Source of the DNA: Candidatus Moranbacteria bacterium GW2011_GWE2_35_2-
GTDB lineage: Bacteria > Patescibacteriota > Minisyncoccia > Moranbacterales > UBA9337
Assembly: GCA_000990585.1 (NCBI GenBank)
Contig: LBQD01000001.1
Location: 207,276 to 271,275 of the forward strand
DNA: 64,000 nt
Reading direction: 5' to 3'
Positions 47,807 to 57,068 of this stretch are shown here, piece by piece. The notes beneath the pieces were generated by a model, which was given only the letters and a program-made list of their open reading frames with translations, did no database searches and had not been told where the DNA came from. A program made the position numbers and the translations under genes. The first letter of the stretch is position 1, and each line of letters begins with the position of its first letter.

Positions 47807-48517
47807 TCACTGCTTAATAATGCCGATTGCTTCATCAATTAAATTTTGAAAGTTTCTATTTTTTGACCAAATATTTCTCAGCTTTTTTCGCAATTCTTGA
47901 TGTTCGGGATAACCATCATCTTGAGACAAAATAATATCCTCGAATTCCGGCTCGTTCAATAAAAAAGTTAGTGCCTCTTTTAGATTCTCAATTTGATTAT
48001 TCTTCAGCCCATTCTTTTTTAAGTAATTCTTGTAATACGTTAGAAATTGTAAATGCATTAATTCATGACAAATCGTCGTAATTGAAAAAGGGGTGCTATG
48101 CCACATTGAAACCATGAACCAATTTTCTTTTTCATTATACGGACACACCAGTCCAGTAGTAAAATAGCAACTAAATTTTTCGGTAAAAACAGGTTGCTCC
48201 GTGATAACCGAAAGTATTTTAAAATATTTTTTTTCGACTACCCGCCATGATTTTTCCAAGGCTTGCATCTCAGCCTTCATAACTTTATTTTTATATTCTT
48301 TTTTTGAATCTTTTTCAATGTAATCCTCGACTATTTTTTGAGCACGAAAAAAACTAACTTTTTCAATTTTTTCCAAAAGCTCATCGGGGATTTGGGCAAT
48401 CTGATCACGCCAGCTCAAGCCCCACATATTCTTGTCTTTCGCAATAAGCACCCAGCTCCATGCATCTTTTTTAATATTGTAATCGAAATTTAATTTAATC
48501 ATGATGTAAGTATACAA
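47807..48517 (-). CDS. Putative zinc metallopeptidase (HExxH motif), unknown family
   Basis: ICHELMHLQF HExxH motif in a 236-aa soluble protein. Immediately downstream of the RiPP maturase. Confidence 0.45.
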   Translation of the reverse strand: MYTYIMIKLNFDYNIKKDAWSWVLIAKDKNMWGLSWRDQIAQIPDELLEKIEKVSFFRAQKIVEDYIEKDSKKEYKNKVMKAEMQALEKSWRVVEKKYFKILSVITEQPVFTEKFSCYFTTGLVCPYNEKENWFMVSMWHSTPFSITTICHELMHLQFLTYYKNYLKKNGLKNNQIENLKEALTFLLNEPEFEDIILSQDDGYPEHQELRKKLRNIWSKNRNFQNLIDEAIGIIKQ

Positions 48518-48565
48518 AAAAAATGAGGAGTAATCAAATGAATTTGATCACCCCCCCCTTGAAAC

Positions 48566-49942
48566 TCACTTTGCCTGGTCGTACAGATCCCAGATCAACC
48601 AGGTTAATGTATCCTTTGCGTGAACGCAGAATCCCTCATCGATCTCCCAGATACTACCATTATTCAGATCAGCATTGTGAGGACAACCGCCTCCGCAAAT
48701 CGTCAACGCTTTGCAGTCGTAACACTTAGGCATGTTGAGAGGAGATCGTCTACTCCACTCTTTCCAGAACGGATGCTCGAATGGATCAAAATCGGAGTCC
48801 GGATTGACGAAGAACTCCCCTGTGCCACTATATGCATGACACACACCAATCCTCCCATTCGGGAGAATCACGACCTGCTTTCCGCATCCGCAACAGTCAC
48901 GGTCGTAGATTGTTCCATCAACGAACGCCCTCACTTTGCGCATCATTCGCGCTTCATAGATTCCTCTTTCTCGCGCGATCTTAAAGCACTCAATCATCGC
49001 CTGTGCTACCTTACTGGAATAACTTGGATCGTTGATTTTGTACTGGTGACTATTGAGCAAGGGATTAAACCCAACATTACACACTCCCGCACCATCCAGA
49101 AACCAATTGAAAATGGCCGGAAGTTCTTCGACATTTTTTTCACTAACCGTGCAAGAAATGCACGTTTTTGCCCCGACCTCCTTGAGAATTGCTACTCCTC
49201 GCATAACATCATCAAAAGTTCCTCTATTATTCCCGCCTCGCCACACGCGACAAGCGTCATGCACAGACCGATATCCATCCAGAGAAACATCCACCTCGAT
49301 ATTATGCTTTGCGCAGAAAGTGGCAATTTCTCGAGTTATCAAGGATCCATTGGTATTGATATTCATCGCCAGGTTTTTTGGCAACACGCCTGACTCCTTG
49401 AGAGTTTCCACTTCCTCAACAGTGGCAAAAAATATGTCGACGTTAATAAGAGGCTCTCCTCCGTAAAAAACGACGCTCGATTCATACGGATAAAAGTCGC
49501 TATACCCACAGGCCTTTTTGAAAAAACCTGCGAACTGCCTCACTGCGGAGATAGCCATCTTTTTCGTCATGTTCATTATCTTTTCTTTCGGACCACTGTA
49601 AGATCCTTCGAAAAAACAATAGGTACAAGCGAAATTACAGCTATTCGTCAAAAGTAAATACAGTGTGTCGATACACGGATGCTGAAGGATTGATTTCTGA
49701 AGTACTTCCAGATCTTCTTTTTCATCAGCATCGCTGGACACCACAAGCTTCTTCTGAATCAAGTAGTCCATCGTTTCATCGTTGATATCCGAAAAAGATA
49801 CGTGAGATAAACGATTACGGATGTTTGTAAGATCAGCGTTATTCACGAAGATAACTTCCCGCGATAAGGCATGAAAAATTGCCGTAATGCCACCTCTTTC
49901 GAAAAAGTGCACGAAATTAGAAAACCTCAGCGCATCCTTCAT
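48566..49942 (-). CDS. Radical SAM / SPASM-domain peptide maturase (sactipeptide/ranthipeptide/SCIFF-maturase-like)
   Basis: CNFACTYC (CxxxCxxC) about 100 aa from the N-terminus, leaving room for an RRE-like domain. C-terminal SPASM cysteines CCGCGKQVVILPNGRIGVCHAY and CYDCKALTICGGGCPH. Start set at the ATG (49942) preceded by SD aagggagga. The ORF track uses an in-frame ATG 48 nt further upstream. Confidence 0.85.
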   Translation of the reverse strand: MKDALRFSNFVHFFERGGITAIFHALSREVIFVNNADLTNIRNRLSHVSFSDINDETMDYLIQKKLVVSSDADEKEDLEVLQKSILQHPCIDTLYLLLTNSCNFACTYCFFEGSYSGPKEKIMNMTKKMAISAVRQFAGFFKKACGYSDFYPYESSVVFYGGEPLINVDIFFATVEEVETLKESGVLPKNLAMNINTNGSLITREIATFCAKHNIEVDVSLDGYRSVHDACRVWRGGNNRGTFDDVMRGVAILKEVGAKTCISCTVSEKNVEELPAIFNWFLDGAGVCNVGFNPLLNSHQYKINDPSYSSKVAQAMIECFKIARERGIYEARMMRKVRAFVDGTIYDRDCCGCGKQVVILPNGRIGVCHAYSGTGEFFVNPDSDFDPFEHPFWKEWSRRSPLNMPKCYDCKALTICGGGCPHNADLNNGSIWEIDEGFCVHAKDTLTWLIWDLYDQAK

Positions 49943-50003
49943 TTCAATCCTCCCTTTATATAAGTTGAGGGGAATACGAATCGATCGCATCCCCCTCGGT
50001 TTC

Positions 50004-50168
50004 TTACGGTTTCTTGATTACTCTACCAACGCCAGTGCATTTGCATGCCTGACCTCCGCCTCCGCCAGTGCAGGATGCACAAGCACCGCACTTGAGGTTC
50101 ATAGCAACCTTTGACTCAAGGTTGCCAAGCACTTTGCGATAGTGCTCGTCTTTCGGGATAAGCAACAT
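50004..50168 (-). CDS. RiPP precursor peptide (54 aa, Cys/Gly-rich core; SCIFF/ranthipeptide-like), missed by the ORF track
   Basis: Manual minus-strand translation gives MLLIPKDEHYRKVLGNLESKVAMNLKCGACASCTGGGGGQACKCTGVGRVIKKP. Strong SD aggaggtga lies 7 nt upstream of the ATG. The stop is 61 nt upstream of the maturase ATG. Confidence 0.65.
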   Translation of the reverse strand: MLLIPKDEHYRKVLGNLESKVAMNLKCGACASCTGGGGGQACKCTGVGRVIKKP

Positions 50169-50233
50169 TTTTTATCACCTCCTTTCGATTTTGAATGAAC
50201 GATCATGAGCTATCACTATGCTAACCTTGCCAC

Positions 50234-50262
50234 ACATTATCAATCCCTCCCCATTTTGTCAA
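50234..50262 (-). promoter_or_regulatory. Consensus-like sigma70 promoter driving the precursor-maturase cassette
   Basis: On the minus strand: TTGACA (complement of 50257..50262), a 17-nt spacer, then TAATGT (complement of 50234..50239). About 65 nt upstream of the precursor ATG. Confidence 0.5.
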
Positions 50263-50281
50263 ACGATTTAGCTTATTTTCA

Positions 50282-51535
50282 TTACTTTCTCAAAAATCTA
50301 TAAACAATAAACAGGAGTGCTAATGAAGATAAAATCAGAATTGATGACAGTAAATATGGAATCCTTTCCGAAATTGGTTTTTTTGGAACTTCCTTTGGAA
50401 TAAAACTTTGATTTTCTTTTTGCGCCGACAATCCAATTAATTTCGCATTTTCAACATCCAGATATTGAAAATATTTTTCAATATCATATTGCGGATATTC
50501 AGCTTCCTTGTTTCCATAATATATCCGATATTTCTCACTTCCACTGGCTTGAAAAATTACCTCCCGATAAACCGAATAAGCGGTAATACTTATAAAATTC
50601 AAAGATTCATTATCTTTATTCAAAACCTCCAACTTTATATATCGATCAGTAATTTCCGGGAAATTCAATTCTGAATTTTCTCCGGAAAATTTTGCAGTCT
50701 CATAATTAAATATATAGTCTTGCGCAACCTTTTTTAAATTATCCAAATTATTTCCGGAATAAATTATAACTCCGCGGTTAAAATTAGAACCTTCCGCTCT
50801 CAAGTCCAAACGGTTAACCGGAATACCGGACACTCCCAAATCGGCAATAATTTCTGTTGATTTTCGCTGACTATTGTCTTGAACGCTAAAGCTTACTTTC
50901 CTTTTTAATTCTTGCATTTTTTGTTTGACGGAATGCTTTGCCCGAGCGGAAGTCGCCCTAACCGGACTCTCTCCTTGACCGGCAATTTCCACCTTCAAAT
51001 AACGAAAACTTACTTCTTCCGAAAATTGAATTGTGTTATTGGAAGCCTTAAAGTTGCCTTTCACATCCGTATAATCATAAATATAGGCATTGTCTTTGAT
51101 AACATTCCAATTTTTCATATCACTGCTTCCATAGACAATCACGCTTCTTTGATAATTTTGAGAATCTGTAGTTAAAATCAGACCGTTAGTTAGTTTTCCA
51201 TCAACACCCAGATCCAAAATAACTGAAGAATATTGATCGGCAACATATGAATTATCAATCATTTTAACAGAATAAGTTTCATCAGTTATTCCGGAATTTC
51301 CCGAAAAAAGCTTGAATGGAACTTCCCTGTTTGCATTTTCCATAATCCGAATATCGCTAAAATTTTCATTAGACTGAGAAAATATTTCGTCATCAAATCC
51401 CACTTTAATCAAGCCATTTTCTGTATCGCTAAATTCCACGTCCTTGTAATATGTCCATTCGGAAATATTAAACGCTCCGTGTGCTACTAATGGAAAAATA
51501 GAGAGAAACATTCCTGTGATTAATATTTTTTTCAT
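50282..51535 (-). CDS. Secreted protein with two internally repeated domains and a C-terminal TM anchor (possibly DUF3999-like)
   Basis: Signal peptide MKKILITGMFLSIFPLVAHGA at the canonical ATG (51535). Internal duplication (YQRSVIVYGSSDMKNWNVI and FNRGVIIYSGNNLDNLKKV). C-terminal hydrophobic plus basic tail. Confidence 0.45.
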   Translation of the reverse strand: MKKILITGMFLSIFPLVAHGAFNISEWTYYKDVEFSDTENGLIKVGFDDEIFSQSNENFSDIRIMENANREVPFKLFSGNSGITDETYSVKMIDNSYVADQYSSVILDLGVDGKLTNGLILTTDSQNYQRSVIVYGSSDMKNWNVIKDNAYIYDYTDVKGNFKASNNTIQFSEEVSFRYLKVEIAGQGESPVRATSARAKHSVKQKMQELKRKVSFSVQDNSQRKSTEIIADLGVSGIPVNRLDLRAEGSNFNRGVIIYSGNNLDNLKKVAQDYIFNYETAKFSGENSELNFPEITDRYIKLEVLNKDNESLNFISITAYSVYREVIFQASGSEKYRIYYGNKEAEYPQYDIEKYFQYLDVENAKLIGLSAQKENQSFIPKEVPKKPISERIPYLLSSILILSSLALLFIVYRFLRK

Positions 51536-51603
51536 AATTATTATTTGTTGTTGCAAAACCCGTGCGCCTTTCAAACCACCAGACGAGTGAATCCTGCGCT
51601 ACG

Positions 51604-53565
51604 TTAAATTATTTCTTTTATCTTATCCTTGTATCGGTTGTAAGCAAATGAAATTCCCAAGAGAATTACACCGAGCGTCATTGAAGAGATTATTCGATAC
51701 AAAGTCCCCAAACTCCACAAATCTACAAAGAAAAGTTTTAAAATAGCCAGGAATAACAAAATTAATCCGCCTACTCTTACTCCCTTGCGTCCTCGCGTCA
51801 TACCGACTGCTACTAAAATTATTCCATACAAAAGCCAGAAAATCGACAAAATTACACTATTCCTGCTTTGCAGACCCTTGATCTTAGTGTGATCATATTT
51901 TGCGATAGCGACAGTGCTGGCAGAATTTAACGCATTGCCCTGAACACGATCATTTTCAATGGCAACCCGAGATTCTTCCCGCACTTGATCTATTTTATTC
52001 TGATAATAATTATTTATCTCGCGACTGCCGGTGAAAATAGTCAAAAAATTAGCCACAATAAACATCAGGATTGCAATCTGCTTCGCTGCCAAGAAACTTT
52101 CAGGTTTTTCCTTTTCCTCATCACTTGAGATTACAGAAAACAAAAATGCTGCCGCGTAAGAAATCACGATTGCAAAAAGAGCGGTAAAGAAAAATTTATT
52201 TGCCAAAACAGAATGTGAAGAATAAAACACATCTATCATAAAAATTCTGAAAATTGCCAGTCCGAAAATCAACAAGCCGAAAGATTTAATAATCACCTGC
52301 TCCTTATTTTTGACTGCAATCAGGAATAATAAAATAGCCTCAATCAACCATCCGCTGGTTATTGCCACTCCCTGAAACTGGATAGGAATTACCAATGTAG
52401 CAAAACCTATCGTGAGAAAAGCCAGAAATCCATATAGTTTATCATCTTCCGGAGTTAAATATTTCACCAAATAAGCCCACGAGAAGTAATATATTCCCAA
52501 AATCAAAGCAAAAAATCCCATAAATGAATGATGCTGTCCATTCATCAGACTATAACTGGCGATAAAATAAGTTGTTCCCGATAGAAGTAATAAAATCTGT
52601 TCAACTGCCTCCGATTTTTCCTGCCGTACGATATTGTAAATCAATGAGGATATTGTGTAGATGAAAAAAAACAAAGTCAGGAAAAACATCGTACTTCCCA
52701 ATTGAGCTTGCGTGTAAAAACTCGCACCCCAAACAAAGAAAAGAATTCCGGTTCCGGCAAAACCGATAAAATTAAGCGCTCTCCATTTTCGAAAAAATGA
52801 AATCACCAAAATCGCCACATCCAAAATAAAAATATAAAAAAACAATGAGAATTGATTATTCTGACCCGTTGAAATCAAGAGCGGAGTAGAAAAACCGCCC
52901 AAAATAGCAACAGTCATCAGGGAAATAGCATTGTATCTGAGACTAAGAACAATGCCCACGGCAGTAACCAAAATCATTCCGAAAAAGGATGCAATCGGAC
53001 CAAGCAAGCTATAAAAATCAAAGGCTGCAAAAACAGAAAGGTATAAAATCGCAATTCCGCCCCCGGTTATTATTTGACCGTAAGAAAAATATTTTCGAAT
53101 ATATTTTTCTCCCGCGACCAGCAAAGACATTCCGATCATAATTCCCATTAAAACTCTCCCTGTTTCTCCAATCCAATTATTATCAAAAGCATATTTAAGG
53201 AGAAAAGAAACCCCCAAAACCAAAGCAGTGATGCCGATTCTAGCAAACCATTTTCCTCCAATATTTCCCTCTAAATCACTTTCCTCTTTGGAAGCGGACT
53301 CTTCCTGGAGAGTTATTCGCTCATCACTTGATTCCGCTGATACTTGCTTAATAGGTTGCGACACTTCTTCAGTCGGAGAAGGCGGGGTCGGCGCAAAAGA
53401 AGCACTCTCTTTTTCCTGGGCAACATCGACAAAATTACTTCCGGCATTAAGTCGCGATTCCAGAAGAGAGATCCTTTGATCTTGTTTCTCAACCACACTG
53501 CCAATTTCATCCAATTTAGTTAATATTTTTTCATAAATCTCCTTTTCCCCGTTTGAATTCTCCAT
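51604..53565 (-). CDS. Multi-pass membrane protein with an N-terminal coiled-coil region (DUF2339-like)
   Basis: 653 aa. Hydrophilic N-terminal ~90 residues, then more than 12 hydrophobic helices. Confidence 0.45.
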   Translation of the reverse strand: MENSNGEKEIYEKILTKLDEIGSVVEKQDQRISLLESRLNAGSNFVDVAQEKESASFAPTPPSPTEEVSQPIKQVSAESSDERITLQEESASKEESDLEGNIGGKWFARIGITALVLGVSFLLKYAFDNNWIGETGRVLMGIMIGMSLLVAGEKYIRKYFSYGQIITGGGIAILYLSVFAAFDFYSLLGPIASFFGMILVTAVGIVLSLRYNAISLMTVAILGGFSTPLLISTGQNNQFSLFFYIFILDVAILVISFFRKWRALNFIGFAGTGILFFVWGASFYTQAQLGSTMFFLTLFFFIYTISSLIYNIVRQEKSEAVEQILLLLSGTTYFIASYSLMNGQHHSFMGFFALILGIYYFSWAYLVKYLTPEDDKLYGFLAFLTIGFATLVIPIQFQGVAITSGWLIEAILLFLIAVKNKEQVIIKSFGLLIFGLAIFRIFMIDVFYSSHSVLANKFFFTALFAIVISYAAAFLFSVISSDEEKEKPESFLAAKQIAILMFIVANFLTIFTGSREINNYYQNKIDQVREESRVAIENDRVQGNALNSASTVAIAKYDHTKIKGLQSRNSVILSIFWLLYGIILVAVGMTRGRKGVRVGGLILLFLAILKLFFVDLWSLGTLYRIISSMTLGVILLGISFAYNRYKDKIKEII

Positions 53566-53595
53566 TTTTTTGTTTTAAAAGATAAAAATTATTAT

Positions 53596-54033
53596 TTATT
53601 GAAAATAGCGTCCGAAAATAATTAATACAACAATTATCACGACAAAAACCAGACCAAGTGCAAAACTAGACATAATTCCATAGGAAATATACCTGCGTCT
53701 ATTAAAAAGATAAATTATTGCAAATATCTCCAAAGGAAAAGCGATGAAATTCACCAAGGGAATGAATCCTAAAACAAAAGGAGAAATGAGTCCGAAAAAA
53801 AAGTCTTTGTTTTTTTCTCCGGAAGCGGTATATTCTCTTTTATTTTTGAAATTCCAAAAGTCATTTCTCGCTCCCCGTGTTTTATCCCCGGTAATATCGC
53901 CTCCGTAAACCGCTACCAAACTTTGCGCGATATCATCTTCTGTATATCCCGCCTTTTGCAACTCTTTTTTCAAAACTTCTTTTGAAAACTTATCCTTATT
54001 AGCCTGAATGTAATTAATAGCGTTTTGACTCAT
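53596..54033 (-). CDS. Small protein with C-terminal TM helices, unknown
   Basis: 145 aa. Soluble N-terminal half and a hydrophobic C-terminal half. Confidence 0.4.
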   Translation of the reverse strand: MSQNAINYIQANKDKFSKEVLKKELQKAGYTEDDIAQSLVAVYGGDITGDKTRGARNDFWNFKNKREYTASGEKNKDFFFGLISPFVLGFIPLVNFIAFPLEIFAIIYLFNRRRYISYGIMSSFALGLVFVVIIVVLIIFGRYFQ

Positions 54034-54042
54034 TTTTTTGTT

Positions 54043-55302
54043 TTAAATTTTTAGGTCTTCGCTAATTTTCAGCAACCGGTTATATTTGCAAATTCTTTCA
54101 CCTCTTGAAAGTGAACCGGTTTTTATGTAGTCTGCATCCGCTCCCACTGCCAAATCGGCAATAAAATCATCTGTCGTTTCTCCGCTCCGATGAGAAATAA
54201 CCGTTTTCATTCCATTAGCTTTAGCAAGCTTGATGCACTCAATAGTTTCCGTGAGCGTTCCGATTTGGTTTACTTTAATAAGAACACTATTGCAAGCTTT
54301 TTCGGTAATCGCCGTCTGCAATCTTTTCACATTAGTCACCAGTAAATCATCTCCGATCAGCATTATTTTCTTTCCCAACTTCTCATTCATCATCGCCCAA
54401 CCTTTCCAATCTTCCTCACCCAGTCCATCCTCGATGGAAATAATATTATATTTTTCAATCCAATCTTTATACAAATCCAAAAGTTCCTCTTTACCGAGAG
54501 TTTTTCCTTCCGGCTGTAATAAATATTTTCCGCTTTTTTCATCAAAAAAAGAATTAGCCGCCACATCCAAACCGATGTTCGCTTGCTTTCCCGGTTCGTA
54601 TCCTGCCGTTTTAATCGCTGTGTTTATTATTTCCAACGCCTGTGAATTGCTTTTCAAACGAGGAGCAAACCCTCCTTCATCCCCCACTCCGGTGCTGTAT
54701 TTTTTTTCCGTCAAACTTTTTTTAAGAGCGTAAAAAATCTCACTCCCTGCTCGAAGCTGTTCGCAGTATTTTTCAATTCCATCAGGAACCAGTTTGAATT
54801 CCTGAACACAAAGACCGGAATCACTATGCTGACCTCCATTGAGGATATTAAACATTGGAAAAGGCATCTTTTTTTCTTTGGAAAAGTTAAAGGTATCGGA
54901 AATATATTCATACAACTCTTTTTTTTTGTCCATCGCCGCTGCCCGACAAACTGCCAAAGAAACTCCCAAGATTGCATTAGCTCCAAGACGAGATTTATTT
55001 TCCGTCCCATCCAATTCAATTATTTTACGATCGATTTTTTCCTGCTCGCCAACTTCCATTCCAACCGCCGCTTTGGCAATTTCATTGTTCACATTTTCCA
55101 CCGCTTTGAGAACTCCTTTTCCTCCATATCTTTTCTTGTCGCCATCGCGAAGTTCCAATGCCTCGTGTGATCCGGTCGACGCTCCACTTGGCACTGCCGC
55201 CACCGACTTTATTCCATTTTCCAATTCCAATTCAACTTCCACTGTCGGATTTCCCCTCGAATCCAAAATTTCCCGCGCAACTACTTTTTTTATTTTTATC
55301 AT
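54043..55302 (-). CDS. eno: Enolase
   Basis: KVVAREILDSRGNPTVEVE N-terminus. SHRSGETED catalytic motif. Confidence 0.9.
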   Translation of the reverse strand: MIKIKKVVAREILDSRGNPTVEVELELENGIKSVAAVPSGASTGSHEALELRDGDKKRYGGKGVLKAVENVNNEIAKAAVGMEVGEQEKIDRKIIELDGTENKSRLGANAILGVSLAVCRAAAMDKKKELYEYISDTFNFSKEKKMPFPMFNILNGGQHSDSGLCVQEFKLVPDGIEKYCEQLRAGSEIFYALKKSLTEKKYSTGVGDEGGFAPRLKSNSQALEIINTAIKTAGYEPGKQANIGLDVAANSFFDEKSGKYLLQPEGKTLGKEELLDLYKDWIEKYNIISIEDGLGEEDWKGWAMMNEKLGKKIMLIGDDLLVTNVKRLQTAITEKACNSVLIKVNQIGTLTETIECIKLAKANGMKTVISHRSGETTDDFIADLAVGADADYIKTGSLSRGERICKYNRLLKISEDLKI

Positions 55303-55337
55303 ATTTTTTATACTATGTTTTTTTTATTTATAAATTT

Positions 55338-56381
55338 TTAATCATTTAATACATCTAACCCTGGCATTGACTGGCTGCTCAAAAAATCCAACATCGCTCC
55401 GCCTCCAGTGGAAACAAAAGAGATTTTGTCCATCGCTCCGTTTTCTTCCAAAATCTGCACCGATTCTCCTCCGCCCATCACTGAAAAAGCTTCACTTTCA
55501 ATTATAGCTTGCAAAATTTTCTTGGTTCCGGTGTTATATGGTTTTTCTTCAAATTTTCCCATCGGCCCGTTCCACACAATCGTCCTGGCCCCGGATATTA
55601 TTTTTTCAAAATTTTCAATCGTTTCGCTTCCGATATCAAAGCGGTCTTGAGCAAAATCAACCGGCAAAATCACTTTTTCGCCAAATTCAATTTTTTGGTC
55701 AATTGCCTCGTTGGCAATTTTCCCGCCCACCAAAATATGATCATAATTTTCTTCAAATTTCCGAATGAGCGGCAACTTGGTTTCGATTTTTGCTCCTCCA
55801 ATAATTGCTACGGCAGGATACTCCGGATTATTTCTCAATTTTTCCAAATTTTTCACTTCCTTTTGTAACCACAACCCGGCAAAACTTGGTAAAACTTTCG
55901 CTACTCCCGAAACAGAAGATTGATCGCGATGACATACGGAAAAAGCTTCACTAACAAAAACATCAAACGGGGTTGCCATCTTTTTGGAAAATTCCGAATT
56001 ATTGGATTCTTCTTCCGCATAAAACCGCACATTCTCCAAAAGTAAAATTTCATCATCTTGCAAATCTTCCAATTCTCTAGCGATATTTTCATCCAGACAA
56101 TCACTGACAAATTTTATTTTCACTCCGAGTATCCTTTCAGCATCATTGACGAGTTGTTCTAGAGAGAATTCTTCTTTCGCCTGCCCGCCAGGTCTGCCGA
56201 AATGAGAAACCAAAGCAACTTTTCCTCCTTGGGACAAAATATATTCCACGGTTTCTTTGGCAGCCGCAATTTTGAATTCTTCTTTCACATTCCCACTTTC
56301 ATCCAAAGACACATTAAAATCCACCCGCACCAAAACTTTTTTTTCATTTAAATCAGCGTCCTGTACTTTTCTCAAATTCAT
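55338..56381 (-). CDS. pgk: Phosphoglycerate kinase (short form)
   Basis: KKVLVRVDFNV and ALVSHFGRPGG N-terminal motifs. GGGAMLDFL near the C-terminus. Confidence 0.8.
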   Translation of the reverse strand: MNLRKVQDADLNEKKVLVRVDFNVSLDESGNVKEEFKIAAAKETVEYILSQGGKVALVSHFGRPGGQAKEEFSLEQLVNDAERILGVKIKFVSDCLDENIARELEDLQDDEILLLENVRFYAEEESNNSEFSKKMATPFDVFVSEAFSVCHRDQSSVSGVAKVLPSFAGLWLQKEVKNLEKLRNNPEYPAVAIIGGAKIETKLPLIRKFEENYDHILVGGKIANEAIDQKIEFGEKVILPVDFAQDRFDIGSETIENFEKIISGARTIVWNGPMGKFEEKPYNTGTKKILQAIIESEAFSVMGGGESVQILEENGAMDKISFVSTGGGAMLDFLSSQSMPGLDVLND

Positions 56382-56466
56382 ATTGTTTATATTTTCTTTT
56401 TATTATTTTCACCAAACTAAACAAATTATATCATATTTTACCGCCAAAAAACATCCAGCGAAAAAA

Positions 56467-57045
56467 TTATCCTTTTCTTGAAACGAAATTATTATCTTTA
56501 ATATAAAACCGCCAAGATTTGTCTTTGTACTTTCCGGCATAATCAATCCCGATTCGCTTGGCGCAAATTATCTCACTCTTTTTTATTTTTTCTCCGTTTT
56601 CAATCCAAAGCCCATATTTTTTCACATAAACAGGTGCTTTATTAAAACTCCTGTCAATTTGCAAAAATTTGGTCAACTTCGCCGGACCATTGGTTTTTCT
56701 TTGCCTCGCCGAAGTTTTGTTTTCAATTGCAAAAAACGGCTCGACCGCGCGAATCAGCACCGCCGCCGGATAATCTTTTTTTCCGGTCACAATATTAAGC
56801 ATATGATGCATTCCGTAAGTAAAATATACATAACAAATTCCCGGTTCGCCAAACATCACTTCGTTTCTTGGCGTCCGACCGCGACTGGCATGGCTTGCCA
56901 AATCATCCGGTCCCTCATATGCTTCTGTTTCCACAATTTTGCTTTTTAAAATTTTATCATCAATATTCCGCACCAAAAAACAACCAAGCAACTCACGCGC
57001 CACCATTAAAGCCGACTTATTATAAAAATCTTTTTTCAAAATCAT
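56467..57045 (-). CDS. mpg: DNA-3-methyladenine glycosylase (Mpg/AAG family)
   Basis: VARELLGCFLV ... ETEAYEGPDDLASHASRGRTPRNEVMFGEPGICYVYFTYGMHHMLN matches the Pur_DNA_glyco family. Confidence 0.8.
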   Translation of the reverse strand: MILKKDFYNKSALMVARELLGCFLVRNIDDKILKSKIVETEAYEGPDDLASHASRGRTPRNEVMFGEPGICYVYFTYGMHHMLNIVTGKKDYPAAVLIRAVEPFFAIENKTSARQRKTNGPAKLTKFLQIDRSFNKAPVYVKKYGLWIENGEKIKKSEIICAKRIGIDYAGKYKDKSWRFYIKDNNFVSRKG

Positions 57046-57068
57046 ATCAAATAATAATCAATGTGCCG

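Noticed and set aside
49887-50114. 75-aa + strand ORF across the precursor peptide region
   Set aside because: It is antisense to the Cys/Gly-rich precursor, which has a strong SD and sits in classic RiPP context. The + ORF has no RBS and runs against the operon direction.
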